From an uncultured Gammaproteobacteria bacterium (GTDB taxonomy: Bacteria; Patescibacteriota; Patescibacteriia; PEXW01): a DNA stretch of 64,000 nt. How positions within the stretch are numbered: position 1 is the stretch's first letter; every line of letters starts with the position of its first letter. Positions 28,249 through 38,427 of the stretch are shown piece after piece. The notes beneath the pieces were generated by a model. The model had not been told where the DNA came from. It saw only the letters and a list, made by a program, of their open reading frames with translations, and searched no databases. The position numbers and the translations under genes were made by a program. The DNA lies in contig CAZAMC010000001.1 in NCBI GenBank assembly GCA_964486505.1, forward strand, positions 106,133 to 170,132, read 5' to 3'.

Positions 28249-29132
28249 ATGCGCGTAAGGAGAGCATCGAGAATAAATCGGGGTTGGGCGTTTGACTGAA
28301 GTACACGACTGGTTTCGCAGAGGGCCTGCACTGTTGGTAAGGCCCGGGGCCACGTACGGGCCGCTGCCGCGGTAAGCGCCTGCGCTTTGTCGCGCTGCAC
28401 ATTGAGGGGCATGCTGCTTTCAAAGACGCTGCTCATTTCCCGAAGCCGCTGGACCAAGGGTACCCGCGGTAACTTTTCTGCAAGGGTGTCTAGGAGTTGC
28501 ATAGCTTGAAGTTGGACGGGTTGTTCGAGCACTGCTGCAGCTGTCGCGGGCATTCCGGGATAGGCGCGTAGCACGCGTTCCACTGCCGACTTAGGATACC
28601 CGGCCGCTACCAAAGCTTTTATTGCTTGCTCTGTAGGGACGCGCTGGACGTAGAAAAGCATTGTCCGCGACCGAAGAGTTGGTAGCAAACTTTGTCGTTC
28701 TGGAACGGTAAGAACGAAGCGCACGTCACCCAGCGGCTCTTCCAGGGTTTTCAAGAGCGCATTTGCAGCGGCTCCGCGTAGGAGATTCGCTTGGTGCAAA
28801 ACCACGATTCGTCGGGTGCTGCGGAGCTGCAAGGCTCGTCGAAGACTGCGAATATCTTCGACCGCATAGCCAGTGGGTCCTGGCTCCAGGGTAATGACCT
28901 GTTCGTGTAAGCCCCGGGCAATACTCTGGCAACCGGAGCACCGTCCGCAGGGTTCTTCAGCGCTATCTTCACAAACCGAGCACTCGCTCACCCACTGGGC
29001 AATCTGCTGGATAGCAAGACGGTCTGGACCCGCAAGGGTTATGGCGTGTCCAAATGACGAAGCGCGGAAGATATCCCGAAGGGCACGAATGAGGGTCTCA
29101 TGCCCCACGCGGGCGAGGGTGTACGTATGCAT
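28245..29132 (-). CDS. holB: DNA polymerase III delta' subunit (divergent)
   Basis: C..C...PCG.C..C Zn module, AANALLKTLEEP, LLPTLRSR. Confidence 0.8.
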   Translation of the reverse strand: MHTYTLARVGHETLIRALRDIFRASSFGHAITLAGPDRLAIQQIAQWVSECSVCEDSAEEPCGRCSGCQSIARGLHEQVITLEPGPTGYAVEDIRSLRRALQLRSTRRIVVLHQANLLRGAAANALLKTLEEPLGDVRFVLTVPERQSLLPTLRSRTMLFYVQRVPTEQAIKALVAAGYPKSAVERVLRAYPGMPATAAAVLEQPVQLQAMQLLDTLAEKLPRVPLVQRLREMSSVFESSMPLNVQRDKAQALTAAAARTWPRALPTVQALCETSRVLQSNAQPRFILDALLTRI

Positions 29133-29146
29133 GCAAGACTGGAATG

Positions 29147-29175
29147 AAAGTACCAAAAAACTGCCTTTTTGGCAA
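29147..29175 (-). promoter_or_regulatory. Promoter upstream of holB
   Basis: TTGCCA-N17-TACTTT with extended TG. Confidence 0.5.
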
Positions 29176-29185
29176 GTCTCTCGGA

Positions 29186-30394
29186 CTACTGGCCTGAATG
29201 TAAAAGTGCCGCTAGCTGCTTGGCGCTTGCTGACCAAGAAAACCCTTGAACTCGGGCAAACCCACGGGTGCGGAGCAGCAGCTGTTCATCAGGATCATCA
29301 AGCACGCTCTGTATTGCCTGTCGCATAGCCGCTGGGTCATGAGGGTCCATGAGAATGCCAGCGTCCCCAACCACTTCTGGAAGCGCGGTGACGTGGCTAC
29401 AGACAACGGGCGTACCTACGGCCATAGCTTCGAGTACCGGAATACCAAAACCCTCGAAGAACGAAGGCATAACAAAAACTTCTGCACCGGCCATGAGCGC
29501 CGGTATGTCTTGGCTCGCCACCCACCCAGGACGCTGGACAGATTTTTGTAACTGATGTTCCTGAATGTAGGCATCCACTTCACGCGCACCCACTCCTGCT
29601 TTCCCAACGAGGAGAAGCTGTACGTTGGCGAATTTTGGCTGACGAATGAGCTCGGCAAAAGCTTGGACCAAACCCAGAGTGTTCTTCTTCTTTTCAATGC
29701 GGCCAATGGACATGAGGTAGGGCGGCCGAACGCCTGCCCGCGCAAACGCCGCCTGCAGCACTTCTCGGTTATCCCGAATATGTGGTTGAAAAGCTGTACT
29801 ATCAAAGGCATTTGGAATGACATGCACCCGCTCGGGTTCTATGCCGTACGTGGTGCAAATGTCACGTTTGGAATACTCGGAGACGGTAAGAATGGTCTGG
29901 CAGTGACGGATTGCCAGACGAGCCGAAAACCTGTGGTAATCCAGCTCCGTCCCGCCGTAGCGACCAAGCGTGAGGAAACGGATGAGGACGTTGAGCCACT
30001 GTTTGCTGTGCACGGCTTTCCCCAGAAGCTCGTGGCCGTAGAGGTCACTTGCGTGTTCAAAGCCAATATCGTGCAACGTGGTAAGTGTCCGACGAGGAGC
30101 GAGAAACGGAATCGTGTGCGCCGGAACGAAGAGGACGTCAACGCGATGGATGAGGAGTTCCCAAGACAAGCGGAACTGTGTCCAGAGCAAACCGGGCGGC
30201 CAACGCAAAACCCGAACGTGGACGTTCGAGGGCAAAGGGCCCCATTCGTCCCGCAGAGGCTCACGAACGTAGAGTCGAACGTCGTCGGAGGGCTGCAGAT
30301 ATGCAAAAAGCGCTTTGGTCAGGTGAAAAGCGTACCACTCGGTGCCGGTACGTTGTGCGAGGTTCGCCCGTGATGCATCAATCCCGATGCGCAT
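29186..30394 (-). CDS. GT4 glycosyltransferase
   Basis: TG...Y, T.HD, G.IE.KKN, PS..EGFG.P.LEAM. Confidence 0.93.
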   Translation of the reverse strand: MRIGIDASRANLAQRTGTEWYAFHLTKALFAYLQPSDDVRLYVREPLRDEWGPLPSNVHVRVLRWPPGLLWTQFRLSWELLIHRVDVLFVPAHTIPFLAPRRTLTTLHDIGFEHASDLYGHELLGKAVHSKQWLNVLIRFLTLGRYGGTELDYHRFSARLAIRHCQTILTVSEYSKRDICTTYGIEPERVHVIPNAFDSTAFQPHIRDNREVLQAAFARAGVRPPYLMSIGRIEKKKNTLGLVQAFAELIRQPKFANVQLLLVGKAGVGAREVDAYIQEHQLQKSVQRPGWVASQDIPALMAGAEVFVMPSFFEGFGIPVLEAMAVGTPVVCSHVTALPEVVGDAGILMDPHDPAAMRQAIQSVLDDPDEQLLLRTRGFARVQGFSWSASAKQLAALLHSGQ

Positions 30395-30399
30395 AGGCG

Positions 30400-31413
30400 T
30401 TAACGGGTGGCGAGGACGCTGCGCTTGTAGGATTCCAGGTTATCCAGGGCTACGCCTGTGCCTTTGGCTACACAGAGCAAAGCGTCGTCGGCCACGTACG
30501 CAGGTACCCCGGTTGCTTGGGTGAGGAGCTTGTCCATGTTCCGCAGCAGGCTTGAGCCACCCGAGAGCACCATGCCCTTATCAATGACGTCGGCCGAAAG
30601 CTCTGGGGGGGTGTTCTGTAGAACGGACTTCACCGCCTGGATGATACCTACCAGTTCGTTCTGGATAGCGGCGGTTATGTCGTCCGACGTAACGCGTAAC
30701 GTGGTGGGCAAGCCACTCACCATATCCCGGCCTCGCACGTCCATAGTGAGTTTGTCCTCCAAAGGAAGGGCGGAGCCAATTTGAATTTTCAGTTCTTCGG
30801 CTGAACGTTCACCAATGGCCACCCCGTGTTTCTTCCGCATGTACTCTTGAATGGCAGCATCAAATTTATTGCCGCCAATACGAACAGAGGTGTTGGCCAC
30901 AATGCCACCGAGGGAGATCACTGCAACTTCCGAAGTGCCACCACCCATGTCAATGATCATGTGCCCGGAAGCAGACCCAATGGGGATGTTTGCCCCAATC
31001 GCCGCGGCGATTGGTTCTTTAATAATGTACGCAGCTTTGGCACCCGCTTGAATGGTGGCGTCAATGACGGCACGGCGCTCTGTTGAGGTAATGCCGGCAG
31101 GTACAGCAATCATCACTTCGGGGCGGAAGAAACGTACGCCCCCCAACGCCTTATTAATGAAGTACCGGAGCATGGCCTCGGTGGTTTTGTAATCGGCAAT
31201 GACGCCTTCCTTTAACGGCCGAGAAGCAATTATTGTGTCGGGGGTTCGACCGAGCATTTCCTTGGCTTCTACGCCCACCGCCAAAATCCGCCTATCCCCT
31301 ACTGCCACAGCAACTACGGAAGGTTCATTCAGAACAATGCCGCGGCCGGGCATGTGAACGAGGGTGTTCGTCGTGCCAAGGTCTATGCCAAGTTTTTTTC
31401 CGAAGAGGGCCAT
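30400..31413 (-). CDS. mreB: Second MreB/Mbl paralog
   Basis: GIDLGT.NT, EPSVVA, DMGGGTSE, LSGG..LL. Confidence 0.93.
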   Translation of the reverse strand: MALFGKKLGIDLGTTNTLVHMPGRGIVLNEPSVVAVAVGDRRILAVGVEAKEMLGRTPDTIIASRPLKEGVIADYKTTEAMLRYFINKALGGVRFFRPEVMIAVPAGITSTERRAVIDATIQAGAKAAYIIKEPIAAAIGANIPIGSASGHMIIDMGGGTSEVAVISLGGIVANTSVRIGGNKFDAAIQEYMRKKHGVAIGERSAEELKIQIGSALPLEDKLTMDVRGRDMVSGLPTTLRVTSDDITAAIQNELVGIIQAVKSVLQNTPPELSADVIDKGMVLSGGSSLLRNMDKLLTQATGVPAYVADDALLCVAKGTGVALDNLESYKRSVLATR

Positions 31414-31414
31414 A

Positions 31415-33370
31415 CTATTCAAAAGTCACTTCGTACTCCCGATCGACTTCGAGCGTCGCTTCATCCTGGAGGCGTTCACCCTGCACGTGGGCGCCCTCTG
31501 GAAGAATAGGAGTATCGCCAATTTCCCGGTCCACGTCAACCGTCAGCTGAAGGGCATGAGCAATTGTTCCCGGCTGCTTTTGGATGAGCAGTTTGTAGCG
31601 CCCTTGGTCCAAAAGGGCCACCGGGCTGCCATTCAAACGGTATGTAAGCGTGAGCTCTTTCGTGGCACCAACTTCGGTGCAGGTAAAGGCCGCGAAAACA
31701 GTGTGCCCCAGCTCTTCAAACGATTCTACCGTGCCATCTTTCTTCACGTTGCACTCGGTCATGGCACCACTTGAAGAAATGAGAGTGCTACCCCGGGGCA
31801 CGTAGACACGCGTATACGTCCGGTAACGCGTAGTTTTCCACGTCAGCTTCCCAGTGTGCTGGTATTTGATAACGAGGTTTGCAATGAGGTCGCCGCCATC
31901 GCGCGTGACCTTGTAGGTAAGCGTACGCGACACAGCTGGGTCACTCTTCAAGCTTGCAAGGTTGGCATCAATAACCATGAGGCTGTCCCCTTGCGGCACC
32001 TCTACAGCACCGGCCCAGCCTAACGACTTCACAATTGCCTGCCGGTCACCATTCGCAAGCCAGATGAGTAAGTGCTTCTGCTGGACGCTCTCTTGGAATA
32101 TGGTCCAGGCCTTACCGTACTTCTCCTTGGGTAGTTTCAGCATGCGCTCAATGAGCTGCTGTCCCAGGACGCCAATAATGTTCTTTCGCTGGGTAGTATC
32201 AACATTTACTTTCCCATCGTACGCATACCCCGTAATGTACTGCAGCTCTTCCACAAGGTTGTCCGACCGGAATTCGGTTTTACCAATAGTGATGGGCCCC
32301 GTGAGCGTAAGGAGGCGCGAGAAGAAGGTTGGGTCAACGGCAATGACCCCGTCGAGATTACGTTCTGGTCCCCCTTCCCGCCGGTAGAAGTTTAGGGCTT
32401 CTTGGGCTGCTGTTGGAAAGTCGGGAGACCAGTTTGAGTCCCGGAAGAGCCAACGGTTTACCCGCATGTACTTGGTGAGGGGGGTGGGAGGCTTAATGTT
32501 CAAGCCTTTTGCCCGATCATCAAGATTATAAACGTTGTCGGTGGTGAACGAAGCAATTTCTCCATCACGGGCCTTGAGAATCCCGTACGTACCAATGAAG
32601 CCACCGGTAGGCCGGAGCTCAGTATTATTTTGCAAAAGGAAGAGGTAGTTCTGCTGGTCAGGGTACCCCAAGATTGGCGGGATAATCCGGCTCGCGGGAA
32701 TTGCCTGCTCAATGCCATCACGTAGCCCAGGGAGTTTCTCTTGGAATGGCTGAATGGCATTCGCTACCGGTCCGAGCAAGCCACTCTTCGGAATAGCGTC
32801 AATATGGGTCAAGGCTAAATCAAGGGATGCTTTGGCAGCCTGCAAATCGGGCTGCGCTTTGTAGATAGCCTCCAAGATGCTGCGCTTCTGTTCGGGTTTC
32901 AGGGTACTAAGGCTAAACGACTTCCCCGTTTTAAAAGGTTTCACCACGGTTTCCGCCCATGTGCTCAGGCGTTCAACGCCTGCGGTCATGGCAATGCCCG
33001 CCGATAGCAGTTCATTAATCGCTCGAACATTTGCGCCGGCCACGGGGAACTTCCGTAGAACATTCAAGCGCTGCATCTTCTCTTGGGCTGTAACTAAATG
33101 CGCGCGGCCAGTGACGAGGGCTTTCTGGCCCTCCGTAAACTCTTGGCTGACGATCATGGTTTGCGCTTCTTCCAAATCCGTTTTCGCCGCGAGAGCTTCT
33201 TTGTACACGGTCCGAGCCGAGGGGCCAAACCACGCTGCGCCTATAGCCAAGACCAACACCAAGCCGGCAAGGACGGGCCATGCGTAGCGCCAAATTTTTC
33301 GCAGCGTGCTTCGGACTCTTGCCCACTGCGGGTTCCGGAGACGATCCAGCAAGTTATGCAAGGCATTCAT
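31415..33370 (-). CDS. DUF4012-domain membrane-anchored protein
   Basis: YL.L.QN..ELRPTGGFIG.YG, RD.NW.PDFP, DGVIA.D. Confidence 0.85.
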   Translation of the reverse strand: MNALHNLLDRLRNPQWARVRSTLRKIWRYAWPVLAGLVLVLAIGAAWFGPSARTVYKEALAAKTDLEEAQTMIVSQEFTEGQKALVTGRAHLVTAQEKMQRLNVLRKFPVAGANVRAINELLSAGIAMTAGVERLSTWAETVVKPFKTGKSFSLSTLKPEQKRSILEAIYKAQPDLQAAKASLDLALTHIDAIPKSGLLGPVANAIQPFQEKLPGLRDGIEQAIPASRIIPPILGYPDQQNYLFLLQNNTELRPTGGFIGTYGILKARDGEIASFTTDNVYNLDDRAKGLNIKPPTPLTKYMRVNRWLFRDSNWSPDFPTAAQEALNFYRREGGPERNLDGVIAVDPTFFSRLLTLTGPITIGKTEFRSDNLVEELQYITGYAYDGKVNVDTTQRKNIIGVLGQQLIERMLKLPKEKYGKAWTIFQESVQQKHLLIWLANGDRQAIVKSLGWAGAVEVPQGDSLMVIDANLASLKSDPAVSRTLTYKVTRDGGDLIANLVIKYQHTGKLTWKTTRYRTYTRVYVPRGSTLISSSGAMTECNVKKDGTVESFEELGHTVFAAFTCTEVGATKELTLTYRLNGSPVALLDQGRYKLLIQKQPGTIAHALQLTVDVDREIGDTPILPEGAHVQGERLQDEATLEVDREYEVTFE

Positions 33371-34197
33371 AGGGCTGAGCGGTTAGGCCGGACGGGCAGC
33401 GGGACGCCCCAGTACTTGGCCAGGTAACGGAACCATGATCGAATGTGAATTTGCGTAGGGAAGGCAAAAATTCCGCGCAAACCTGGGTGTGCGGCAGAGG
33501 CCCGCTTGTGGTAGTGCACACACTCTACACCTGCAACGTACCACACTTCCCAACCAACTGCCCAAAAGCGCCGGCACCAATCTACATCTTCAAAGTACAG
33601 AAAGAACCGTTCATCCATATCCCCCACCTGTTGCACAGCTTCGCGGCGAGCGATGAGGAATGCACCAAGCAGCCAGTCAACCGGCCGGTCTTCCTGGTGA
33701 TCAAAGTCCGCCATAACGAACCGTTGCAAGTGCGCACGGATGCCAGGTAATTTTCCTAAGGGGGTCCGTCGGAAAAGCGGAGTGAAGGTGTTGTGGAAAC
33801 GGTAACACGAGTACTGAACGGTGCCATCGGGATTCAAAAGCTTAGGGCCGGCAACACCCGCACGCGGATGCTGATCCATGAAAGCGACCAGGCGATCAAA
33901 AGGGCGATCCATAATAGCAATGTCCGGATTCAGCAAAACTACGTACCGACCATTGGCGCGTTTCAGGCCGAGGTTCATCCCGCTGGCAAAACCCTTGTTC
34001 TCCGCGGCGGCTACGACCGTAACCTCGGGAAAATCTTGCTCCAACATCTCAACGCTGCCGTCGTTGGAATTGTTATCGACAACGATGACTTCCACCGTCA
34101 CCGTATCGCCCGACGTGGCAATGCCCCGAAGGCACTGCCGGAGTAAACCGCGGGATTTGTAGTTCAGAATAATGGCCGAAACGTCGGGTTCTGGCAT
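33367..34197 (-). CDS. GT2 glycosyltransferase (rhamnosyltransferase-like)
   Basis: VVDN.S.DG, N.GFA.G.N, LLNPD, DERFFLYFEDVD. Confidence 0.92.
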   Translation of the reverse strand: MPEPDVSAIILNYKSRGLLRQCLRGIATSGDTVTVEVIVVDNNSNDGSVEMLEQDFPEVTVVAAAENKGFASGMNLGLKRANGRYVVLLNPDIAIMDRPFDRLVAFMDQHPRAGVAGPKLLNPDGTVQYSCYRFHNTFTPLFRRTPLGKLPGIRAHLQRFVMADFDHQEDRPVDWLLGAFLIARREAVQQVGDMDERFFLYFEDVDWCRRFWAVGWEVWYVAGVECVHYHKRASAAHPGLRGIFAFPTQIHIRSWFRYLAKYWGVPLPVRPNRSAL

Positions 34198-34204
34198 GGG
34201 AAGG

Positions 34205-35125
34205 TTAGAACGTGGCCCGAAGCATACGAGCCACTTTTTTTCTGGGCTGAGCACCAGCGAACGTTCTTGCAGCGTGCCACATTTTCAGGGCATCAGCAAG
34301 GGCATGCAATGTCACGCGGGGATCTGTGCACAGCAAAAATATGAAACGCAGAAGCTCGGCAGGGATCACTGCCCACGCGTGCGGCAGCACCGTTTGCCAA
34401 GATTCCACCAGCGCATAGAGAAGGATGTGATTTCGATAGCTTAAGTACCGGCGGTCGGCGCTTCGCTGAGCGCGGGCGGCGCCCTTGCCCACCTGTCGAG
34501 CATGGGTGGCGACGGCCATGGGCACGCAGAACGCTTCCCAGCCATTCCACCGCAGCCGCCACGCTAGCTCTACGTCTTCTTTATACGCAAAGAGGAGGTT
34601 ACAAAAAAATTCACCGTTCACGGCGGTCTGCTGCAACGCTGCTCTCCGGTAGAGCGCTACCGCCCCCGACACGCCAAAAACTTCTTGCGGTGTCGGTGGA
34701 ATAGTTACCCGCTCTTGGATAAGTCGCCATGGGGGTATGTGCAAGCCGGTTGTATCAACGCCACCCTGCGCATTCTTCACCGTCCCCACAAACGCGGCTG
34801 CCGTGGGGTGGGCATCAGCAAAACGTACCAGGTGCTCCAGGTAATCAGCCTCTAAGCGAACGTCCGGATTAATGACGAGTACGTAGTCAGCGGTGCCTTG
34901 CGCAATGCCCATATTGTGCCCGCGAGAAAAGCCCGTGTTCTTCCCAAGCGCAACAACGTTCACGCCAGGTACTGCTTTTGCCACGTCGACGGAATTATCG
35001 GTTGAACCATTATCCACTACCGTCAGTGATTGGGGCACCAGCGTTTGCTGACGCAGACTGCGCAAAACCAACGCAAGTTCTTCCGCGCTATTCCAGCTTA
35101 CAAGCGAAACATCAACGGTGCCCAT
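34205..35125 (-). CDS. GT2 glycosyltransferase
   Basis: VVDNGSTD, NTGFS.G.N, INPD, FAYKEDV. Confidence 0.9.
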   Translation of the reverse strand: MGTVDVSLVSWNSAEELALVLRSLRQQTLVPQSLTVVDNGSTDNSVDVAKAVPGVNVVALGKNTGFSRGHNMGIAQGTADYVLVINPDVRLEADYLEHLVRFADAHPTAAAFVGTVKNAQGGVDTTGLHIPPWRLIQERVTIPPTPQEVFGVSGAVALYRRAALQQTAVNGEFFCNLLFAYKEDVELAWRLRWNGWEAFCVPMAVATHARQVGKGAARAQRSADRRYLSYRNHILLYALVESWQTVLPHAWAVIPAELLRFIFLLCTDPRVTLHALADALKMWHAARTFAGAQPRKKVARMLRATF

Positions 35126-36572
35126 AGCGTGGATCGGCCAAAGCAAAGCCGGTAGTAATGAGGATGAGCATGCCAAGGCCTAGTGGGTGGTTGAGGTACG
35201 GGGTCGTAAGGTGGAGGACCATGAGCGCAACGCCGCTGGCCAAAAGCCCGGCAACCAATGGCCGCTCGGTGGTCTGCAGGCGCAGGATATGTACCCCCTG
35301 CATGAGCACCCAAATGAAAGCGGCCAAGAGCACAATAGTGATCGGCACGCCGGCGTGAACGGCAAAACCGTGGTAGCCCAACTCAAACGCCCGGGCGGTG
35401 TACAAGGTTCCGTTTGCATCATGGGTAACGTTTACCCGGGGGTCCAGCGTACGGTAGGTTATGCTCGTGCCAAAGCCGTTGCCGAGCAAAGCATGTTCAA
35501 GAATCTTCTTGTGCATTGCTGGCAGCAACTCGCGTCGGCTAGAGGCGGCAGACTCTGTAGCAATGTCTGTTCGATTCCGAACCAGCGAGCCGCTTCCGCC
35601 CGCGCCGCCCCATAAACCCGGGAAATTGAGCGTCCAGAGAAAGCCAACGTACGCCAAGAGCAGTGCTACGCCGCTGGCCAGCACCACCTGCGGAAAGTAC
35701 GACCGGAGTGACCGACGAGCAAGCAATCCTCCGAGACTCACAACTGCAGCAGCAATCCCACCCAGCCAGAAGCTCCGTGACAAACTGACGATGACCACGT
35801 AAGCCCCCAAACCAGCAATAGTCGTCCAGAACCATTGCCGTTTACGGTCAGCCACCGCTAGACCAAGGCCCGTGAAGAACGCAAAGAGGCCCCAGACGTG
35901 ACTTTGGAAGAAGACGCGGTACAGACGACCAATGATCCACGTAATCTCGCCTACCCCGGTATCGCGCACCCACTTGTAGAGCTGCACGAGCTCGGTTGAG
36001 GGGTAGTGAGCAAAAAGCCCTTGGACGAAAGCAGTTTTTATGGCTAAGACACCAATTGCCGCAGCACTCACCCACAAGACCCGCCGAAATTCTTCGCGAG
36101 AACGGAGCAGACCAAAAAGAGGTACAGCCCCGATGTACAAGTACGCGTTCGCATCCAAGAAGACGTTCCCAAGCCCATGGCCCCGTAGTACCCCTACGAA
36201 CGCTGCCCAAACCGCCAACCCCAAAAACGCCAACCAGACCCAGCGGAAACGCCACTGTGCGCCCCAAAGACTTTTTCTTCGGAGCAGATGCATGAGCGTA
36301 GCGGCAAAGACCGCTAGGAAAATTCCCAGCCGGAATGAAATGTCCTGGCCGCCTTCCGGCAGACTGAAGAGGTAGCCTTTCCCACCCACAATGAGTTCAG
36401 CGACGACGATACTCACACCAGCGACCGGGGAAAAACTTGTTGCGATAAAAGTGAGGAAAACGAGAATCACCCAAAAGATTACTCCCGCAGTTGGCCAAAG
36501 CCAGCCCAGGTACGAAAGCCCCTCAATGATGAGTAGGCCAACAACCGTGCTTGCAAAAAGTTTCCAGCGCAT
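35112..36572 (-). CDS. O-antigen ligase/polymerase-like membrane protein
   Basis: About 12 TMs; S.SRS.W, S..SR, G.GFG periplasmic loop motifs; located in the glycan locus. Confidence 0.7.
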   Translation of the reverse strand: MRWKLFASTVVGLLIIEGLSYLGWLWPTAGVIFWVILVFLTFIATSFSPVAGVSIVVAELIVGGKGYLFSLPEGGQDISFRLGIFLAVFAATLMHLLRRKSLWGAQWRFRWVWLAFLGLAVWAAFVGVLRGHGLGNVFLDANAYLYIGAVPLFGLLRSREEFRRVLWVSAAAIGVLAIKTAFVQGLFAHYPSTELVQLYKWVRDTGVGEITWIIGRLYRVFFQSHVWGLFAFFTGLGLAVADRKRQWFWTTIAGLGAYVVIVSLSRSFWLGGIAAAVVSLGGLLARRSLRSYFPQVVLASGVALLLAYVGFLWTLNFPGLWGGAGGSGSLVRNRTDIATESAASSRRELLPAMHKKILEHALLGNGFGTSITYRTLDPRVNVTHDANGTLYTARAFELGYHGFAVHAGVPITIVLLAAFIWVLMQGVHILRLQTTERPLVAGLLASGVALMVLHLTTPYLNHPLGLGMLILITTGFALADPRYGHR

Positions 36573-36573
36573 A

Positions 36574-37440
36574 CTACTTACGCCGAAATGTGCTGGCGAG
36601 CCAAACAAGTGCCAGTCCTTTCCACCCCGCAATGCGTACCAGCACTGTTGCCAGTCGAGAAAAATGTTTGCGACTGTAGCGGAGTACACTGGCGGCCCAC
36701 ACCCGCTGCTTCGCCAGGGAAGGCAACTGGTTAAAGCTCCCTCCGCCGAGATGAGTGATGGCAGCGCTGGGCACAAACCACGTTTCCCAGCCAGCATCGG
36801 CGGCGCGCTTGCAGTAATCTACTTCCTCGAACCATATGTGGAAACCGTCATCCATTAACCCAATCTGGCGGATCACATCGGTCCGGATGAGAAAAGCCGC
36901 TCCCATAACTTGGCCAACCGGTTGCTCAGCAGTGTAGTCCAGTTCAACGGCCATGTACCGACGCAACGGGGGGAAGCTCGGCCACCAATGAGAAAACTTC
37001 AAGGCAATGGCAACGAGAACCGTTGGCGTAGGGAGACGTCGAACCGATGGTTGGAGAGAGCCATCTGCGTTAAGTAACTTCGGCCCTACAATGCCCGCTC
37101 GGGGATGATCGGTGAGCGCCTGGAGCATCCGGGGGAAGGCGCCCGGCGGAACAAGCGTATCGGGATTAAGCAGCAATACCGGCAGACCCTCGCTCGCCTG
37201 CATCGCTTGGTTATTTGCACCAGCAAACCCACGATTATCAGAATTGGCGATGAGCTGGACCTGCGGAAATCGCTCTCGCACCATGGCAGCGGTCCCGTCC
37301 ATCGAAGCATTATCCACGACAAAAACCTTCCTCGGTTGTTCGGTGGCTGGCAAACGAAAAATGCTCTCCAGGCATTCCTGAAGAAGCTTGCGAACGTTCC
37401 AACTCACTATGACAACCGAAAGATCCAGCGTGCCTGGCAT
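36574..37440 (-). CDS. GT2 glycosyltransferase
   Basis: SVVIVSWN, VVDNAS.DG, LLNPD, FEEVD. Confidence 0.92.
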   Translation of the reverse strand: MPGTLDLSVVIVSWNVRKLLQECLESIFRLPATEQPRKVFVVDNASMDGTAAMVRERFPQVQLIANSDNRGFAGANNQAMQASEGLPVLLLNPDTLVPPGAFPRMLQALTDHPRAGIVGPKLLNADGSLQPSVRRLPTPTVLVAIALKFSHWWPSFPPLRRYMAVELDYTAEQPVGQVMGAAFLIRTDVIRQIGLMDDGFHIWFEEVDYCKRAADAGWETWFVPSAAITHLGGGSFNQLPSLAKQRVWAASVLRYSRKHFSRLATVLVRIAGWKGLALVWLASTFRRK

Positions 37441-37446
37441 AGCGAT

Positions 37447-37475
37447 ACTTTGCTGGAAAACTGAAGATTTGTCAA
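37447..37475 (-). promoter_or_regulatory. Promoter of the GT2 operon (probably leaderless)
   Basis: TTGACA-N17-CAAAGT-N6-ATG. Confidence 0.6.
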
Positions 37476-37563
37476 TTCCTTTCCTCTCAGCTGTTGACTT
37501 TTTCTTAGGTACATGCGAGCATCAACTACTTACCAGAACACCCAAAGGAAAAAGGAGTGACCT

Positions 37564-37980
37564 TTGCAATTACGATTTGCCCTCTCGCGCATGTGCGATA
37601 CGATTGAGCGTACGCACGGTTCGCATGAACATGCGACTCCCATCTTGCGTAACATCATCGCCCTTATACCGGAGAATGAGATCTTCTCCCTTCTCATGGC
37701 GGTCGAGGCCTTTCAGAAAACACAGTTCGTCAAGCCCGTGGCCCGTCACATTGACCTTGATGGGTACATCGTCACCCTGGGTGAGGAAGTAGCTCGCGCC
37801 GGCAAGCACTATGCCGTGAAGCACGAAAAACGTCGCGAAGCATACGTGCTTGGGTCGTACGTCATCGTACTTCAGTTCATGATGAACTACGCTGATCTCT
37901 CGGCTCACTTGCGCGCCGCCCACAATGGACACACGTATGCCGAAGTCATGGTGATCCACAAACTTTTTCGCGAGTGCTAA
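37564..37980 (+). CDS. Hypothetical protein
   Basis: AAGGAG SD upstream of a TTG start; fills the gap divergent from the GT2 operon; a competing minus-strand ORF exists. Confidence 0.45.
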   Translation: MQLRFALSRMCDTIERTHGSHEHATPILRNIIALIPENEIFSLLMAVEAFQKTQFVKPVARHIDLDGYIVTLGEEVARAGKHYAVKHEKRREAYVLGSYVIVLQFMMNYADLSAHLRAAHNGHTYAEVMVIHKLFREC

Positions 37981-38011
37981 AGCACAGTGCCCCATCAACA
38001 ACCCGCACACT

Positions 38012-38425
38012 CTAGCCGCTTCTCTCCCGAGGGGCGGCTTTCACTTTCCGGCGCTTCTTCTGCGCCTCCAACTTCCGGATAGTTGATTCGTCGATGCCAA
38101 AGTAGTGGCCGATTTCGTGGTGGACTACTTCATGCACAAGTTCACGGATGCCACCCTCGGTACGGCCTAACTCCTCAATGGGCTGCTGAAAAATCGTTAT
38201 CTTATCGGGCAAGACCAGGCTGTAGTGAATGCCTCGTTTTGTGAGCGGCACGCCCTGGTACAAGCCGAGCAAGTACTGGTGCACGACTATCCCCCGCTCC
38301 CGCCAGCCGGGTGGTCGGGAATCCTCTTCAATGACAAACACCACATTGTCAATCTTGCTCTGTAACGCTTTTGGCACAGAGGCGATTGCGTCCTCAACGA
38401 CCTTTGCAAATGCTTCACGTTCCAT
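38012..38425 (-). CDS. Zincin_1-family minimal metallopeptidase
   Basis: LLGLY.G.PL..R, PD.I.IF..P, HEIGHYFG. Confidence 0.9.
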   Translation of the reverse strand: MEREAFAKVVEDAIASVPKALQSKIDNVVFVIEEDSRPPGWRERGIVVHQYLLGLYQGVPLTKRGIHYSLVLPDKITIFQQPIEELGRTEGGIRELVHEVVHHEIGHYFGIDESTIRKLEAQKKRRKVKAAPRERSG

Positions 38426-38427
38426 AC

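Noticed and set aside
37570-38010. Minus-strand 146-aa alternative ORF
   Set aside because: No promoter or SD signal seen; the overlapping plus ORF has an SD, although that call is itself low confidence
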